Assembly (NCBI RefSeq): GCF_011386835.1
Contig: NC_088814.1
Span: 3,968,001-4,032,000, forward strand
DNA from: Chrysemys picta bellii
Taxonomy: Eukaryota
DNA: 64,000 nt
Direction of reading: 5' to 3'
The notes below the pieces were generated by a model. That model ran no database searches and was not told where the DNA came from. It saw nothing but the letters and a program-made list of their open reading frames with translations. This document shows, piece after piece, positions 24,101 through 36,100 of this stretch (position 1 is the first letter of the stretch; every line of letters starts with the position of its first letter). The position numbers and the translations under genes were made by a program.

Positions 24101-27100
24101 AGCCCCCTGACTCCTCCAGGCTGCCAATTAGCTCAAACAATAGCTGATCCGTCCTGGGATCTCTGCCCTGATTGTCTTTCCCTTTTAAGATCTTGATCTC
24201 CCCAGGGAGGTGGAGATCCCAGCTGGGGGGGGGGGGGCTGCTGCAGAGGGGGCAGATGAAAGCAGGGTGTGGCAAGAAGCCGGAATAACCAGCCTGCCCT
24301 GGCCTTGGGCCTGCTGACCCCTGTGGGGCGGGCGGGGGAGATTTCTGTAGCTTATCCCACTGCAGCGAAAGGGGGCTGGATCTGCCAAATAAACTTTCCT
24401 GCCACTCGAATTCATTCTCCATTTAAAAACCTGTCTGTTGGCTTATAAAGATCAGACCAACTGCCAGGCAGGGTCCCCCGCTCCTTTCCCTGACCCACTT
24501 CGGGGCAGACACGGCTCTGCACGTAGGCATCTCGGGCAGCCTTCCGGCGCCTCGGAGCAGCCTGGCAGCGTGTTTGGGGAATCCACGGGCCCGATCTCCT
24601 GCCCCCCTGCACCGCCTGCGGCCAGAGCACAGCGCAGACCCAAAGGCTGCCAGGCTGAGTTGGCAGGTCCTTTTGCCGCTCGCTCGGTGCTGGTGCGGGG
24701 AGCGTGAGGCCATGTGAGGACGTGGGGCAGCGGGGCCCCCAGGTCATGGTGGGGAGTCAGGCTCAGGGCAGTGGGAATTGGGCCCTGAAATCAGGAAGGC
24801 CGGTGACGAGGGGGGATTTAAATGAGAACCCCCAGCGGTGCACTGCGGATTCAGCAGCGTTTAGCTGGTGCCCTCTGCCTGTGCCCCGTGCTCTGCCTGG
24901 CCCTGTGCTCTGCAGAACGACGGGCACCCCTTGGCGAAATCCCTGCCCATGTCCTCCCCCCCTCCTGGGAGCGGGGTCTGCAGCTCGATGGATGTGACCG
25001 TCTCCCCTCGCAGTAACGGCCTTCTTGGCGTGGTGGGTCTGTGGTCTGAGGCTCCTGTGACCAGTCCCCCCGCGTGGGTATGGTGCCCGGCTGCCGAGCG
25101 TTCCAGGATCCCTGGAGGGTGATGCCTGCAAATTCCCCCAGCAGCCCACGGAGCAGTTCTCTGCGGGGCGGGGAGCAGGCTCTGTACCCCGGGGGGAGCG
25201 GGGAAATGGGAGAGGGAGCGAGCGCCTAATGGGGGGGATAGAGGGAAGGCAATATTGCCAGAGCCCTGCCAGGGGAGGGGGCAGTGCAGTGGTATTGGGA
25301 TCCTGGCAGGATGGGGGCTGGAGGGGAAGAGGCGGCGACTGACGCTAGGGAGGGGCAGGGCCAGGATCGGCCTCTCGGGGGACCCCCTGGTGTCTCGGCC
25401 TCAGGATCCCCGGGGGCTTTCTCTGGTGCTGGTTCTGACCCAGAACAAACCTGGCAGCAACTGGAGACTCTACACTCAAACCTCCAGCGGCTGGAGACTC
25501 TACACTCCCTCTTTCTCCCCCGTTAAAATTCAGGGGCCTGATCCTTCCCCTCTCCCTTCCCCACTGCTGCCAGCTGCCCCTGCCCTGCAGTGGGTGAATC
25601 TGCCCCAGGATGGACTGATTAACGCTCTCTGATCCGGGCGGTAAATGTCACGATGCAAAATCCGGTGCCCTGGTTCTGAGAGCTGGCACAGGGTGAGGCA
25701 CGGAGGGGCATCCACCCCCTCCCCTGAGCTGAGGTAGCATGCAAGGAGGGTGCCCTGGTTCACGCTCCTCTGGAGGAACTTGGGGGGGGGGGGGAGAGAG
25801 AATGACATGGTGCAGCAAGTCACATCAGTCTCCATGACCAAGAAGGGAGCCAATCCGCAAAGCTGGGAGCAGGAGCTGGGTTTTGAACATCTCCCGACGT
25901 TTGGCTCTGGGGTGTTTAGTCCATTCTGGGGTTGGACGCCCGGCCGTAGAGTTTGGATCTAGAATGTCCCAAAGTTTGGATCCAGGGCAGGGGGTCTGAT
26001 CCCGGCCTCGTCTGGGCCAGGGCGGGGGGCTGGCTGGGGCCGGGTCCCCACCGTGCATCCAATGCCCCGGAAATGAGCCGAGCCGCCTGGAGACAATCGG
26101 CCCCAGAGAGCTGCCATTAAGGATTTTCAGGGTTAACAGCTATTCCCCTGCCTCCTCCCCACCCCCCCCGGCTAGCCACGAATCCGGGTAATATCTCGAC
26201 ATCATGCAGCACTGGCTGGCTTGGGGCAGCTCCCTCTCCCCCTCTGCTGGCTGCCCCAGCAACTACAGCCAACTGCTACTTCCTCCCAGCCCAATGGGTT
26301 CCTCTTTCAGCTCAAGGGGCCACTGGTTCGAGTCCCGCTGGCGCCCGGCTGTCTGAAGAACCGTGGGGTGGGTTGGGTGACGCCAGGTCTCTCGGAGGAG
26401 GGGCGTTCCCCTCACACCGGTGTACTGATGCGTCCGGGCTCATTGGCCCCCTCTAGTGGCAGGTTTGTGTGTCTGCTCCTCCCTCCAGCTCCCGCAGTAA
26501 CGCTTCAGGCACCAAGGTGTAGGGGTCAGCCCCTGCAAGGGGCAGGTGCCAGGTGGGGGGGGCAGTTACGTTTCCGGGGGGGGGGAGAGGTTTTGGGAAG
26601 GCGGTTGAGGGGGCAGCGCTCTGGGCTCATCCCGTCTCTGAACTGCGGCACCTGCTGCCTTTTCAGCGGCTTTGTGCAGCGGCATCTAGGGCAGGTTAAA
26701 AATAGAGCTCGGGGTAGGGCCGGGTGTCAGAGAATATCGGGCTTTCTAGCTCAGGGGAGCGGCGGAGGGATAAAAGCGAGAGCTGTGGATGGCTCCCGGC
26801 CCTTCCCTCCCTGCCACGGCCTCGTGAATGTCTCTCGCATCCTCAGATGGCGGCTTTGAATCTGGCTTTGCCAGCTCTTTTTCTAAGCATCCAATTAAAG
26901 GGGCATGGGCGGGCGAGGGAGGGATCATCTTTGGGGGGGGGGGTCTGCGTCCTCACTGTCACTTACTGTCCTCCCCGAGACACCCACCTTCCCAGCCTGG
27001 CACCCATGAGAGCAGCCCAGCACTCAGGAGCAACCCTACCATAAACAAAGCAGGGAATTGCGCCCAGCCCTCGACAGCAACCCTACAATAACAACCCACC

Positions 27101-30100
27101 ATGCGACCCTGCCACAGGGTGCCCCCCGCAATAGCAAACCAGCGCCAGCAGCCCTCGGGCTCGCCGGAGACTTAACCCCAACCCCCAAAGCACAGGGGGG
27201 ATCAGTTTAGTACCACTGAAAGAGTGAAATGGGCCCGTCACTTGAGCATCATGTAGGGGAGTGATTGGCTAACCCCCCCCCCCGACACACACACACACAC
27301 ATACACACACACACACCTCCTCTCTCAACCCTGTCCCCCTGCAGCTCTGCTGATGCCCCTCAATCCCGACCTGCAGGGGAAGGGGGGGGCTTTGGAAAGG
27401 CGGGGGCAGACCCTGACTGGTGAGCTGCTGTCCCCCTTCCATCTGGGTGGAAATTGTCCTTTCGTCAGCGCCGGCTCTTTAGAGATGCAGCCCCGGAGCT
27501 TGTGGGGCTGCTCTAAGAGGGGGCACAGGGTGGCGGGATGGGGGGGGATCTAGGATCCAGGCTGGGAGAGATGCTCTCTGATGGAGGCTGAGGGGGGGGG
27601 TGGAGTAGGTGCCATGGGCAGGGGGCAGAATCCTGCGTGGGTGCCCATGACCGGCTGAGCCCGACTCCAGCGGGGTCTGTTCACACCAGCTGGGGATCCA
27701 GTCCATGGCCCCAAAGGGGAGCAGGAAGAGGGGGTACACGAGAGTCGGGATGGGGGGGCATCAGCAGAGCCTGGGGCTGGGGGGTGGGGCAGGAGGCATT
27801 CACCCCTCCCCTTCCCAGGCTGGCATCTCCCCCCGCTCCAGTCTAATTAAGATCTCTTGACGAGTCCCCGTGCTCGTGGTTAATCACCTTTTGTTCCCCG
27901 AGGAGGGACCGGGATGCCAGCCAAGCGTCATGCCATTATCCTGCCTGAGAGCATTCTCCCGGGCACCCTGCCCGCTGCTGCCAACGCCCCCCCCCCCCCG
28001 AGTTGGGACCAGAGCCGTCTGGAGATGGTGACGGAGCAGACCCCCGGGCCTGCCCACCCACCTCCCGTGGGCTGGCAGTGCCCTCTGACTCAGCTGGCAC
28101 ACGGGCCACCTGCCCACCCCACAGCTGCTTTGCCCCCCGGGGAGGGGGAGGGAGCACAGAGCTCCAGCTAGCAGAGAGGGAGGGAGATGGGGAGAGTGGG
28201 GGGGTCACTGCACCAGAAAGAGAGACCCCCCATTTCAGCCAAGAGCTGCCCCCTGTCTTGTGCCCTTGGGGAGCTCCTGATCTGTCCCCAAAGCATATTG
28301 CCCTGGGGGGAGGGGTGCCCCTGCCCCCCCCCAGGATGTACCCCAGGGCTGAGGGAGCTGGGAGGGGGGCTGGGAGTGCTGGGTGACCGGGGACGGGGGG
28401 GCTCTGTATGTTCCCCCCACGCCTTCCATTTCCCCCTTCCCACCCATGCCAGGGGCTCTGTTTGCCCCCCTCTCCCAATCTTCTCCCCTCCCCTGGCAGG
28501 GGCCCTTTGTGCGTGCCCCCAATCCCTCCCCCCATTTGCCCCATTATGATTTGGGGGAGGGGTAAATCATTCAGGGTGTCAGCTCTTGCTAGACTCTTGG
28601 GAGGATGAGCCGAGCTGAGGTGCTTGTGTCTGTGCTCGTCAGGCGGCAGGAGCTCCATGTGTCCCCCACGGTCTCCCTTTGGGTTTTCTTCTGTCCCACC
28701 CAAAATCAACAGGGGTTTGGCCACAGATGCCTGGAACATTGCCTGCGATTTTGGAATTGACCAGATGCAGCGGTCAAGAACTAGTGTGTGGCAGACGGAG
28801 AAATGCCGTCAAGTTGAGTGCATGGCCCTGCAAACTCGGCCAGTTGTTCCCATCTGCGTGCTGGGTTCTGTGCCTCCCACCATGGCCCTCCCGGGAGCTG
28901 TGCCAGGATGAGGTCCGGGGCATGTCGGCTGTAACTCTGGTCCATTCTCAAGGGTGCTTTGCAAAGCTCCTCACTCGTCTCATGGATGGGGAAACTGAGG
29001 CACTGAGTGGGGGACGGGACTTGCTCCAGATCCCCAGCAAAACAGCCACGGAGCTGGGACGTGAACCCAGGAGTCCTGCTGCCCTTTGCCTTGCTTTGAC
29101 CAGGTGACGCAGCCCCTTATGTGGCTCTGGTGGTCATGGGAGGTGAGAGGGGACCCTCCCTCGGAGCTCCCTGGCACAGCTGAGATTCGGTGAGCCGGGC
29201 GGGGGACTCTGGAATAGCCCAGAAATCGTGGCTGTGCCAGGTTAGCCTGGCGGCTCCCCGTCCCCCTGGGCATCCTGTGATCCTCGCGCCTTCCTGTCCC
29301 AAAGCCTGGCCCCGCAGCTCCTTTGCAGTGGTGGTCACCAGCCTCTCCCTTGTTCCCAGTGCGATTCCCCCACCGAGCCGAGCGCCCTGCCCTGCAGCCC
29401 CACGCTGGCCAGGGCGGGCAGAGAACAGCATGGGCCTGCCTCTGGGGGGTGACGGGTGCTGGGACCCCGTGCCCCGAAGATCCCTGTCGCAGCACCCACG
29501 CGCCCAGCCTTGGAGCTCCAGCACCTCCTCTGCAGAGCCCCAGGGTCCCTGGGTGTGAGCCGGCGTGGCCGAGGCAGACGTGGGCTCTGCCAAGCCCATG
29601 CCAGGGACTGTGCCAGATCTTGAATAAATGAAGGACAAGAGACCGAGTCAGTGGCGGGATGGATCTGGGTGCCAGGCTCATTGGAAGCCAGTCTGAAACC
29701 TCAGCCCCAGCGAGGGATTATTTCGTGTTGCCCTTGCTTCAGCCGCTGGGGCTGTGTCTGGCTTGTTATCCTGTGGCAGCAGGCTAGGAAAGGGCCTGTC
29801 TATTGTATTGAGCTGGCAGTTGTGTCTGAGCCCCCAGTAACCCCCACCCGACAGGATCAGCACTGCTCAACTGTGTGTCACGAGCCCTGTACTGGCAGCA
29901 GCTCATGGGGATTCCCCCTGAGCTCAAATGGCGCAGGGCTCGGCTCATGGAGGGGTCTCCCCCGACACAGCACGCAGCAAGGCAACAGCATGACCCAGAT
30001 CTGTGCCGACAGTGACGTGATGCCCCATGTGGCGCCTGCCTTGGGGTGTGGCCGGGGGTTCAAAGCACTTACCAGACACAGGTGAGGTTAGCCGGCGAAG

Positions 30101-33100
30101 TCTGTGCTGTCACACAGATGGGGGGGGACAGTCCCGCAGGGCTAGAGCGTGTGCTCTTCACGCTGGCTGTTCCTTGGGCGGGAGTCCTGACTCCCAGTCT
30201 TGCGTCTCCCCCCTCGCTGGCTGCTTGCACCCCAGATCCCGTGATGCTGCGGGTGAGCGGGTGATCTCCACACCGGGTCCCTCGATCCCCATTCAGACAG
30301 GGCCCCGGGGAGCGAGGGCTCAGCCAGAATCGGAACAGCTGGATTCCCACCAGGCTTCCAGGCGATTAGCTCCAGAGCTGCGGCCTCGGCCGGCTGCCGG
30401 CAGCCCCGGGCTCTGTGTGTGTGTCAGGTCCTGTCTGGGGCTAATCGCCTTGTGCTTGGTGTCTCTCCTGGTTTATTATCCCGTGGGTTGGGGACCCACG
30501 TGCAGCCCGGAGCGGCCTCCGGGGCAGACGTGCTGGGGAGAGACAGGAGACTCGGGGCCTGTGTCGCTGTGGGAAGAGCAGTCACTGGGCTGGGGAGATC
30601 CTGCACCCCAAGGGATGTGGGGGGGGGGAGGAGTGAGGCTGTCATAGTGGGGTTGGGAAAAGGCATATGGGAAAGGAGGGAGCCATGAATATGGGTGTGG
30701 CTAAAGGGTGGAGGTGTGGCCATGGGAAGTGGGTGTGGCTAAAGGGTGGAGGTGTGGCCATGGGAGGTGGGTGTGGCTAAGGGGAGGAGGTGGAGCTATG
30801 AGTGATAATATTAGTGCCCCAAAGGGTTTTAACCCTTGGTTGAGATGAAAAAGGGAGGAGCCAGTGGAAGCTATGGGGGTGGAGCTATGGGATGTGGGGG
30901 TGGAGCTATGGGTGGGGGTGGGGCTATCGGTGGGATTGCCTTATCCCTGGCAGGTACAGCCGGTCTCCTAAAGGTTCAGAGCTGGATCCTGGCTCTGCAC
31001 CTGCCTTGGCTCCCAGGGAGGCGAGAGCCCCAGCCGGGTTGGGAAATGCGTGGGGCTGAGTCCCTGGCCTGCTCTGGGGTGCAGGAAGCGCTGAGATCCC
31101 GGCTGGCCCGTGGGCAGATGCTGGGGCCGGGGGTCCCTGCAGCCCTACGTAGATCAGCTGTACCTCACGAGCAGGGGGCTGAGGGGGACGGGGTGGGGTA
31201 AGGGATGGGAACTGAGGGGTGCAAGCCGGGGAGGCAGGACCTGCTAACCCATTCCTCTGTGGAGGGGGGAAGGGAGAGGCCTTTGCAGCGGAGGGAGGGC
31301 TGGCGCCTCCCCAACATCACCACGTGGGGTTTCTTTTGCCCCCCAGCCTTCCTCCCCCTGCCCTCGTGCTGGCTCTGTAGGGGAGGGGGATTAACAGATT
31401 CAGCAAAAACATCTTCAAACCCACATTACGGCTTTTGCCGCCGGAGGCTGGTGGGGGGGATTCCGGCCCGGAGAGCAGGATTCAGAGCCATGGCTGGAGG
31501 TTGGTGCCCTCCCATGCCTCCCCCCCCCCCCCCGGGGTTACTGGATCAGTAGCTCAAAGCGGGGGGGGGGGATGACTCTGCGCAGCCCTGGTGGGCTCCA
31601 TGGCCCGGTGACTAAGGCTGGCACATCTCTCCCCCTCCCCCCCGCCTATGTGCCTCAGCACAAGGACCCCCTCCCCCCCCCAGCATGAGAGGCGAGCGTG
31701 GCCTCCATGGCCCATTTACTCCCCAGCCAACAAGGGGGGCAACTGGCCCCGCTGTGGTGCTGGGGGTGCCTGGGATGGGACAGAGACACCCCCTGACCCT
31801 GCGGTTCCCCCCTTCTGTCAGATGGGCTGGGACCCGCATGGGAGGAGGCTCCATGACCCATTTCCAGCACCCCCCAACTGCTCCAGGCCATTCACACCCC
31901 CTCTTGAGTGTTTACCAGCTGGGCAGCGACGCCCCTGGGGCCCGTTCCCGGGGGACCCTGGCAGGACGCAGCCCCGGGAGGGGGGTCGCAGAGAGAGGGA
32001 GTTGGGCTGAGAGGCTGGGCTCAGGGTGGAGGTGGGGTAGGGGGCAGCAGTCAGAGCCCCCGTGCACGGTGCTGCCCCCGCCTCGTGACGCTCCTTGGGT
32101 CTCTGCTCTGCTTCCCCCCCAGATGCAGAGGCTCAAGCGCTCGCTGTCCCTCAAGACCATCCTGCGTAGCAAGAGCGTGGAGAACTTCTTCCTGCGATCC
32201 AACAGCGAGCTCAAACTCCCCTGCGAGGTGCTTCTGAGCCCCCCGACGCCCTTGCCGCCCCCGTCCCCCCCGCCGATGCCCACCGAGGCCGTCCTGCCCC
32301 GGGCCGAGCACTCGCCCATCGCCTGCCACCGGGCCCTGGCGCCCCTCAAGCCCATGCGAACGCACAGCTTTCAGGAGCACGTCTTCAAGAAGCACAGCCC
32401 ATGTGAGATGTGCCACCAGCTCATCGTAGGTGGGTGCCGCGGGGACCCCGTTCCCAGGGCAGGCTGCTACTCCGGCCTCGGCCAATGCCCCCGATCCCTG
32501 CCCAGAGCCCCCTGCTTTCCCAGCCTGGGCACCTGCATCCCCATCCAGCTCCGCCTCTGCCCCTTGATCCCAGCCCACAGCCCCCTGCTTTCCAGCCTGG
32601 GCTCCCCCATCCCCATCCAGATCTGCTGATGCCCCTCAATCCTGCCCTGAAGCCCCCCTGCTATTCCAGCTCTGGGCTTCATTCCTCACCCTCCTTGAGC
32701 TTGCAGAGAGGTTCCCCTCTGGGTGGGGCTCTTTCTGACACCGCCCCTCCACACCCGCCCCGCAATGTACACAGGACTCCGATCCTGCCCTTTCCTTCCC
32801 GGGTCTCACCCCAAGGTCTGGCTCTGCTCCGAATCCTGGTTGCTTTCGTGCCTCTCCCACAGTGAGACCCCCATGGGGGATTTTCTACATCCTTCCCCTG
32901 CCCCATCCCCACCCCCGGGGCTGGGGCCTCTCTCACCCACCCCCTGTGCGTGCTTGGTGTGTTGCAGGCAATTCGAAGCAAGGCCTGCGGTGTAAAACGT
33001 GCAAGGTTAGCGTGCACCTGTGGTGCTCGGAGGAGGTCTCGCACCAGCAGTGTCCCGGCAAGACGGTAAGCGCCCGCCGAGCTGGTCCCAGGAGTGGGGG

Positions 33101-36100
33101 GGCAACATCACCCTCCTCTGTCCCTGGCGGGAGGATAGCTGGGTGCACGCCACTGCCCTCTACTGGCCGGAACATCACACCCACGTGCACGTCTGCAGAC
33201 CCGGAACGCTACCGCCCCCTGCTGGCACCGCTGCTTGCCAAGCGCGGGGCGCTACAGTGGCTCAGCCGGGCCAGGAGTTTTGCTCTGGGAGCTCAAGTCC
33301 TGACTCCGAGTCAAACTGCCGCCCCCATGTGCCTGGTTGTATCTTTCTGGCCCCTCGGGGGGCGGGGGGAAGTGAGGCTGGTCTGGAGGTGCCTGAGTCT
33401 GGCTACCACAGCAGTGGGGTGGGTGGGTGCCCCGCTGGCGAGGGGGCCACAGGCAGACCGAGGGGCTTGTCCGCCATCCCCAGTCCCGGTTACATTTCTC
33501 TCCCTCTTTCCTTCCTTTCCTGCCAGGCCACCTCCTTCCGGCGCAACTTCAGCTCCCCCCTCCTGGTGCAGGAACATCAGCAGAACAGCTCCAAGGAGTC
33601 ACCCCCTGCAGGTGAGACCCCCCTCCCCGTCCCACTGGAGTAGTTGCGGGGTGGGGAGGTCTTGAGCCATACGAATCCTCAGGTTCCCTTTATCGGGATC
33701 TACCAAATGCCAGCTGCAGCAGGGGGCGTGACTGGCTCTGGGAAGGGGTCTCTGTGGGTGGTGCTGGAGCAGTAGGGGGGACCCCAGGGATGTTCTTGGG
33801 CTACTGATCCCTTCGGGGGGGGAAGGGAGGGGGATTACAGCGAGGGTGACCAGATAGCAAGGGCAAAAAATCGAGATGGGGGTGGAAGGGTAATAGGCAC
33901 CTATATAAGACAAAGTCCCAAATCTTGGACTTGCCCCTATAAAATTGGAACATCTGGTCACCCTAATTACAGCCCTTGCAAGGAGAAAGGGTTAAGGGGA
34001 TCCTAGGACCACCAGTGTTAAGCCGCACCCCTTATGTCACAAGCTCCTCCCTCTTATGTAGTAAGCTCCTCCCCCTGGTGCAGGGTCTCCCAGCACATGG
34101 TTGGGTTACAGGCTGGCTTGGCATCCCTGACCCCACCCCGTCTCCACAGGCCCCAGCGGGAGGGTGGATCCCATCTACGAGACACTGCGCTACGGCACCT
34201 CGCTGGCTCACCTGAACCGCTCCAGCTTCAGCAGCACCTCGGAGTCGCCCACCAGGAGCCTGGTATGTGCCAGGGCAGGACGGGGGCACTGAGCCGAGCC
34301 CGGGCATGTCACGGAGCCCCCACCATGCGGCGCCACTGGACAGCACAGGCTGGGGGCCAGAGAGACACGCAGGGTCTGTCTGCGCCCAGCAGCCTCCAGA
34401 GAGAATCCGCCTCGGCTCTTGTTACAGCCCATCCTGACTCTGGGGTGGGCGAGGGTGACATGCATTCGGCTGGACCCTCTAGAGGAGGGCGAGGATGGCA
34501 CTCGGGGATGGGAGATTCCTGGGGGAGAGGGGTGCAGCTGGCTGGGGAGGAGCGGGGGCGGTGCTGGAACAGCCCATCCAGTCTCCGCCCAACCTCCGGT
34601 GTCTCCGTCTTCCCTAGAATGAGAAGGACGAGGCCGGGGAGGACGCAGACGGCAGCGCGGAGGAGAGCCACGGTGACAGCGGTAAGCGTGGGGAGGGGTA
34701 TGGGGCGGGGAGGCTGCTGTCCCTTTAATAGAGCCCACACCCGGCTCCCCCCCTCCAGGGCCTTGGCCGTGGGGCGGGGACGTGGGGCTGTCGGGGGAGC
34801 CAGCCCGGCTGATTGTCTCCATCTCTCTCAGCATTCACGGCCCCCCCCGAGGGCGAAAGTCCAGGCTCAGAGGAGAAGAGCCCTGAGCAGGAGGTGAGCT
34901 GCCCCCCTGGTCCCCCCATAGCTAACCCCGGCCTCCTTCCCCCACAGTCGCTCCCCAGGCGCCTCCGCTGCCCCGAGCCGGCTCCCGTGTCTCCGCCGCC
35001 CCTTCCCACGTCCTCCCGCTGCCCCGAGCCGGCTCCCGTGTCCCCGCCGCTCCATCCCTTGTCCTCCCGCTGCCCCGAGCCGGCTCCCATGTCCCCGCTG
35101 TCCCATCCCACGTCCTCCCGCTGCCCCAAGCCGGCTCCCGTGTCCCCGCTGCCCCATCCCACATCCTCCCGCTGCCCCGAGCCGGCTCCCATGTTCCCGC
35201 TGCCAGGTTCTCCTGCTGTGCCGAGCTGGCTCCCGTGTCTCCACCGCCGCGTCCCATGTCCTCCCGCTGCCCCGAGCCGGCTCCCGTGTCCCCGCTGCCC
35301 CTTCCCACGTCCTCCTGCTGCCCCGAGCCGGTTCCAGTGTCACCTGAGACCCCCCTTAAAGCCCACCAGCTGCATTGAGCTGCCCCCAGACCCTCCCCCA
35401 AGGGCCACGACTGGCTCCTTCAACTGACTCTGAGTCGGCTCCGTTCCTGTTCCTTGCAGCCCTGACTCCTTCCACTTGCCCCTGGGGTGGGGATCCCCTG
35501 CTTCCCTGAGGTGCCCTCGGACCCCAAAGGACGACCTGACCAGCTCCCTGCCCCAGGGCGTGTGGGTGGGGATGGGGCGCGGGCCCATGGCAATGGGGCT
35601 GGAGTGCACAGGTGTAGGCGATGGGGCTGGGGCACAGGAGGGCACTGGCCGCGGGCGATGGGGCGAGTGGCCGTGGGCGATGGGGCGCGGGCCATAGGGC
35701 TGGGGCATGGGGCTGAGGTGCGGACCATGGGCGATGGGGCACGGCCCGTGGGCGACGGGGTTTGTGGCCGTGGGCGATGGGTGCGGGACGTGGGCGATGG
35801 AGTGAATGGCTGTGGGCGATGGGACGCGGGCCATAGGGCTGGGGCATGGGGCTGGGGCACAGCCCATGGGCGATGGGGCACGGCCCGTGGGCGATGGAGT
35901 GAGTGGCCGTGGGCGATGGGCGCAGGCCGTGGGGAATGTGAGTCCAGCTCGGGCCCATCCCTGGCCGGCTGTGACTCTGGGCTCGGGGCCCTCGCTGTCC
36001 TTCGCTGCAGGCTGCCGGGGGCTCCTCGCGGAAGGACGTCTCCCCCATGTACTCCTACGTGGCTCTCTACAAGTTCCTGCCCCAGGAGCACAATGACCTG

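Noticed and set aside
26446-26459. CTCF-like CCACTAGAGGGGGC
   Set aside because: It has a mismatch at the near-invariant C of the GGC core.
31655-31891. MAW-starting minus-strand ORF as a TFCP2/UBP1-type alternative first exon
   Set aside because: There is no similarity beyond three residues, and it lies 26 kb away inside a STAC2 intron.
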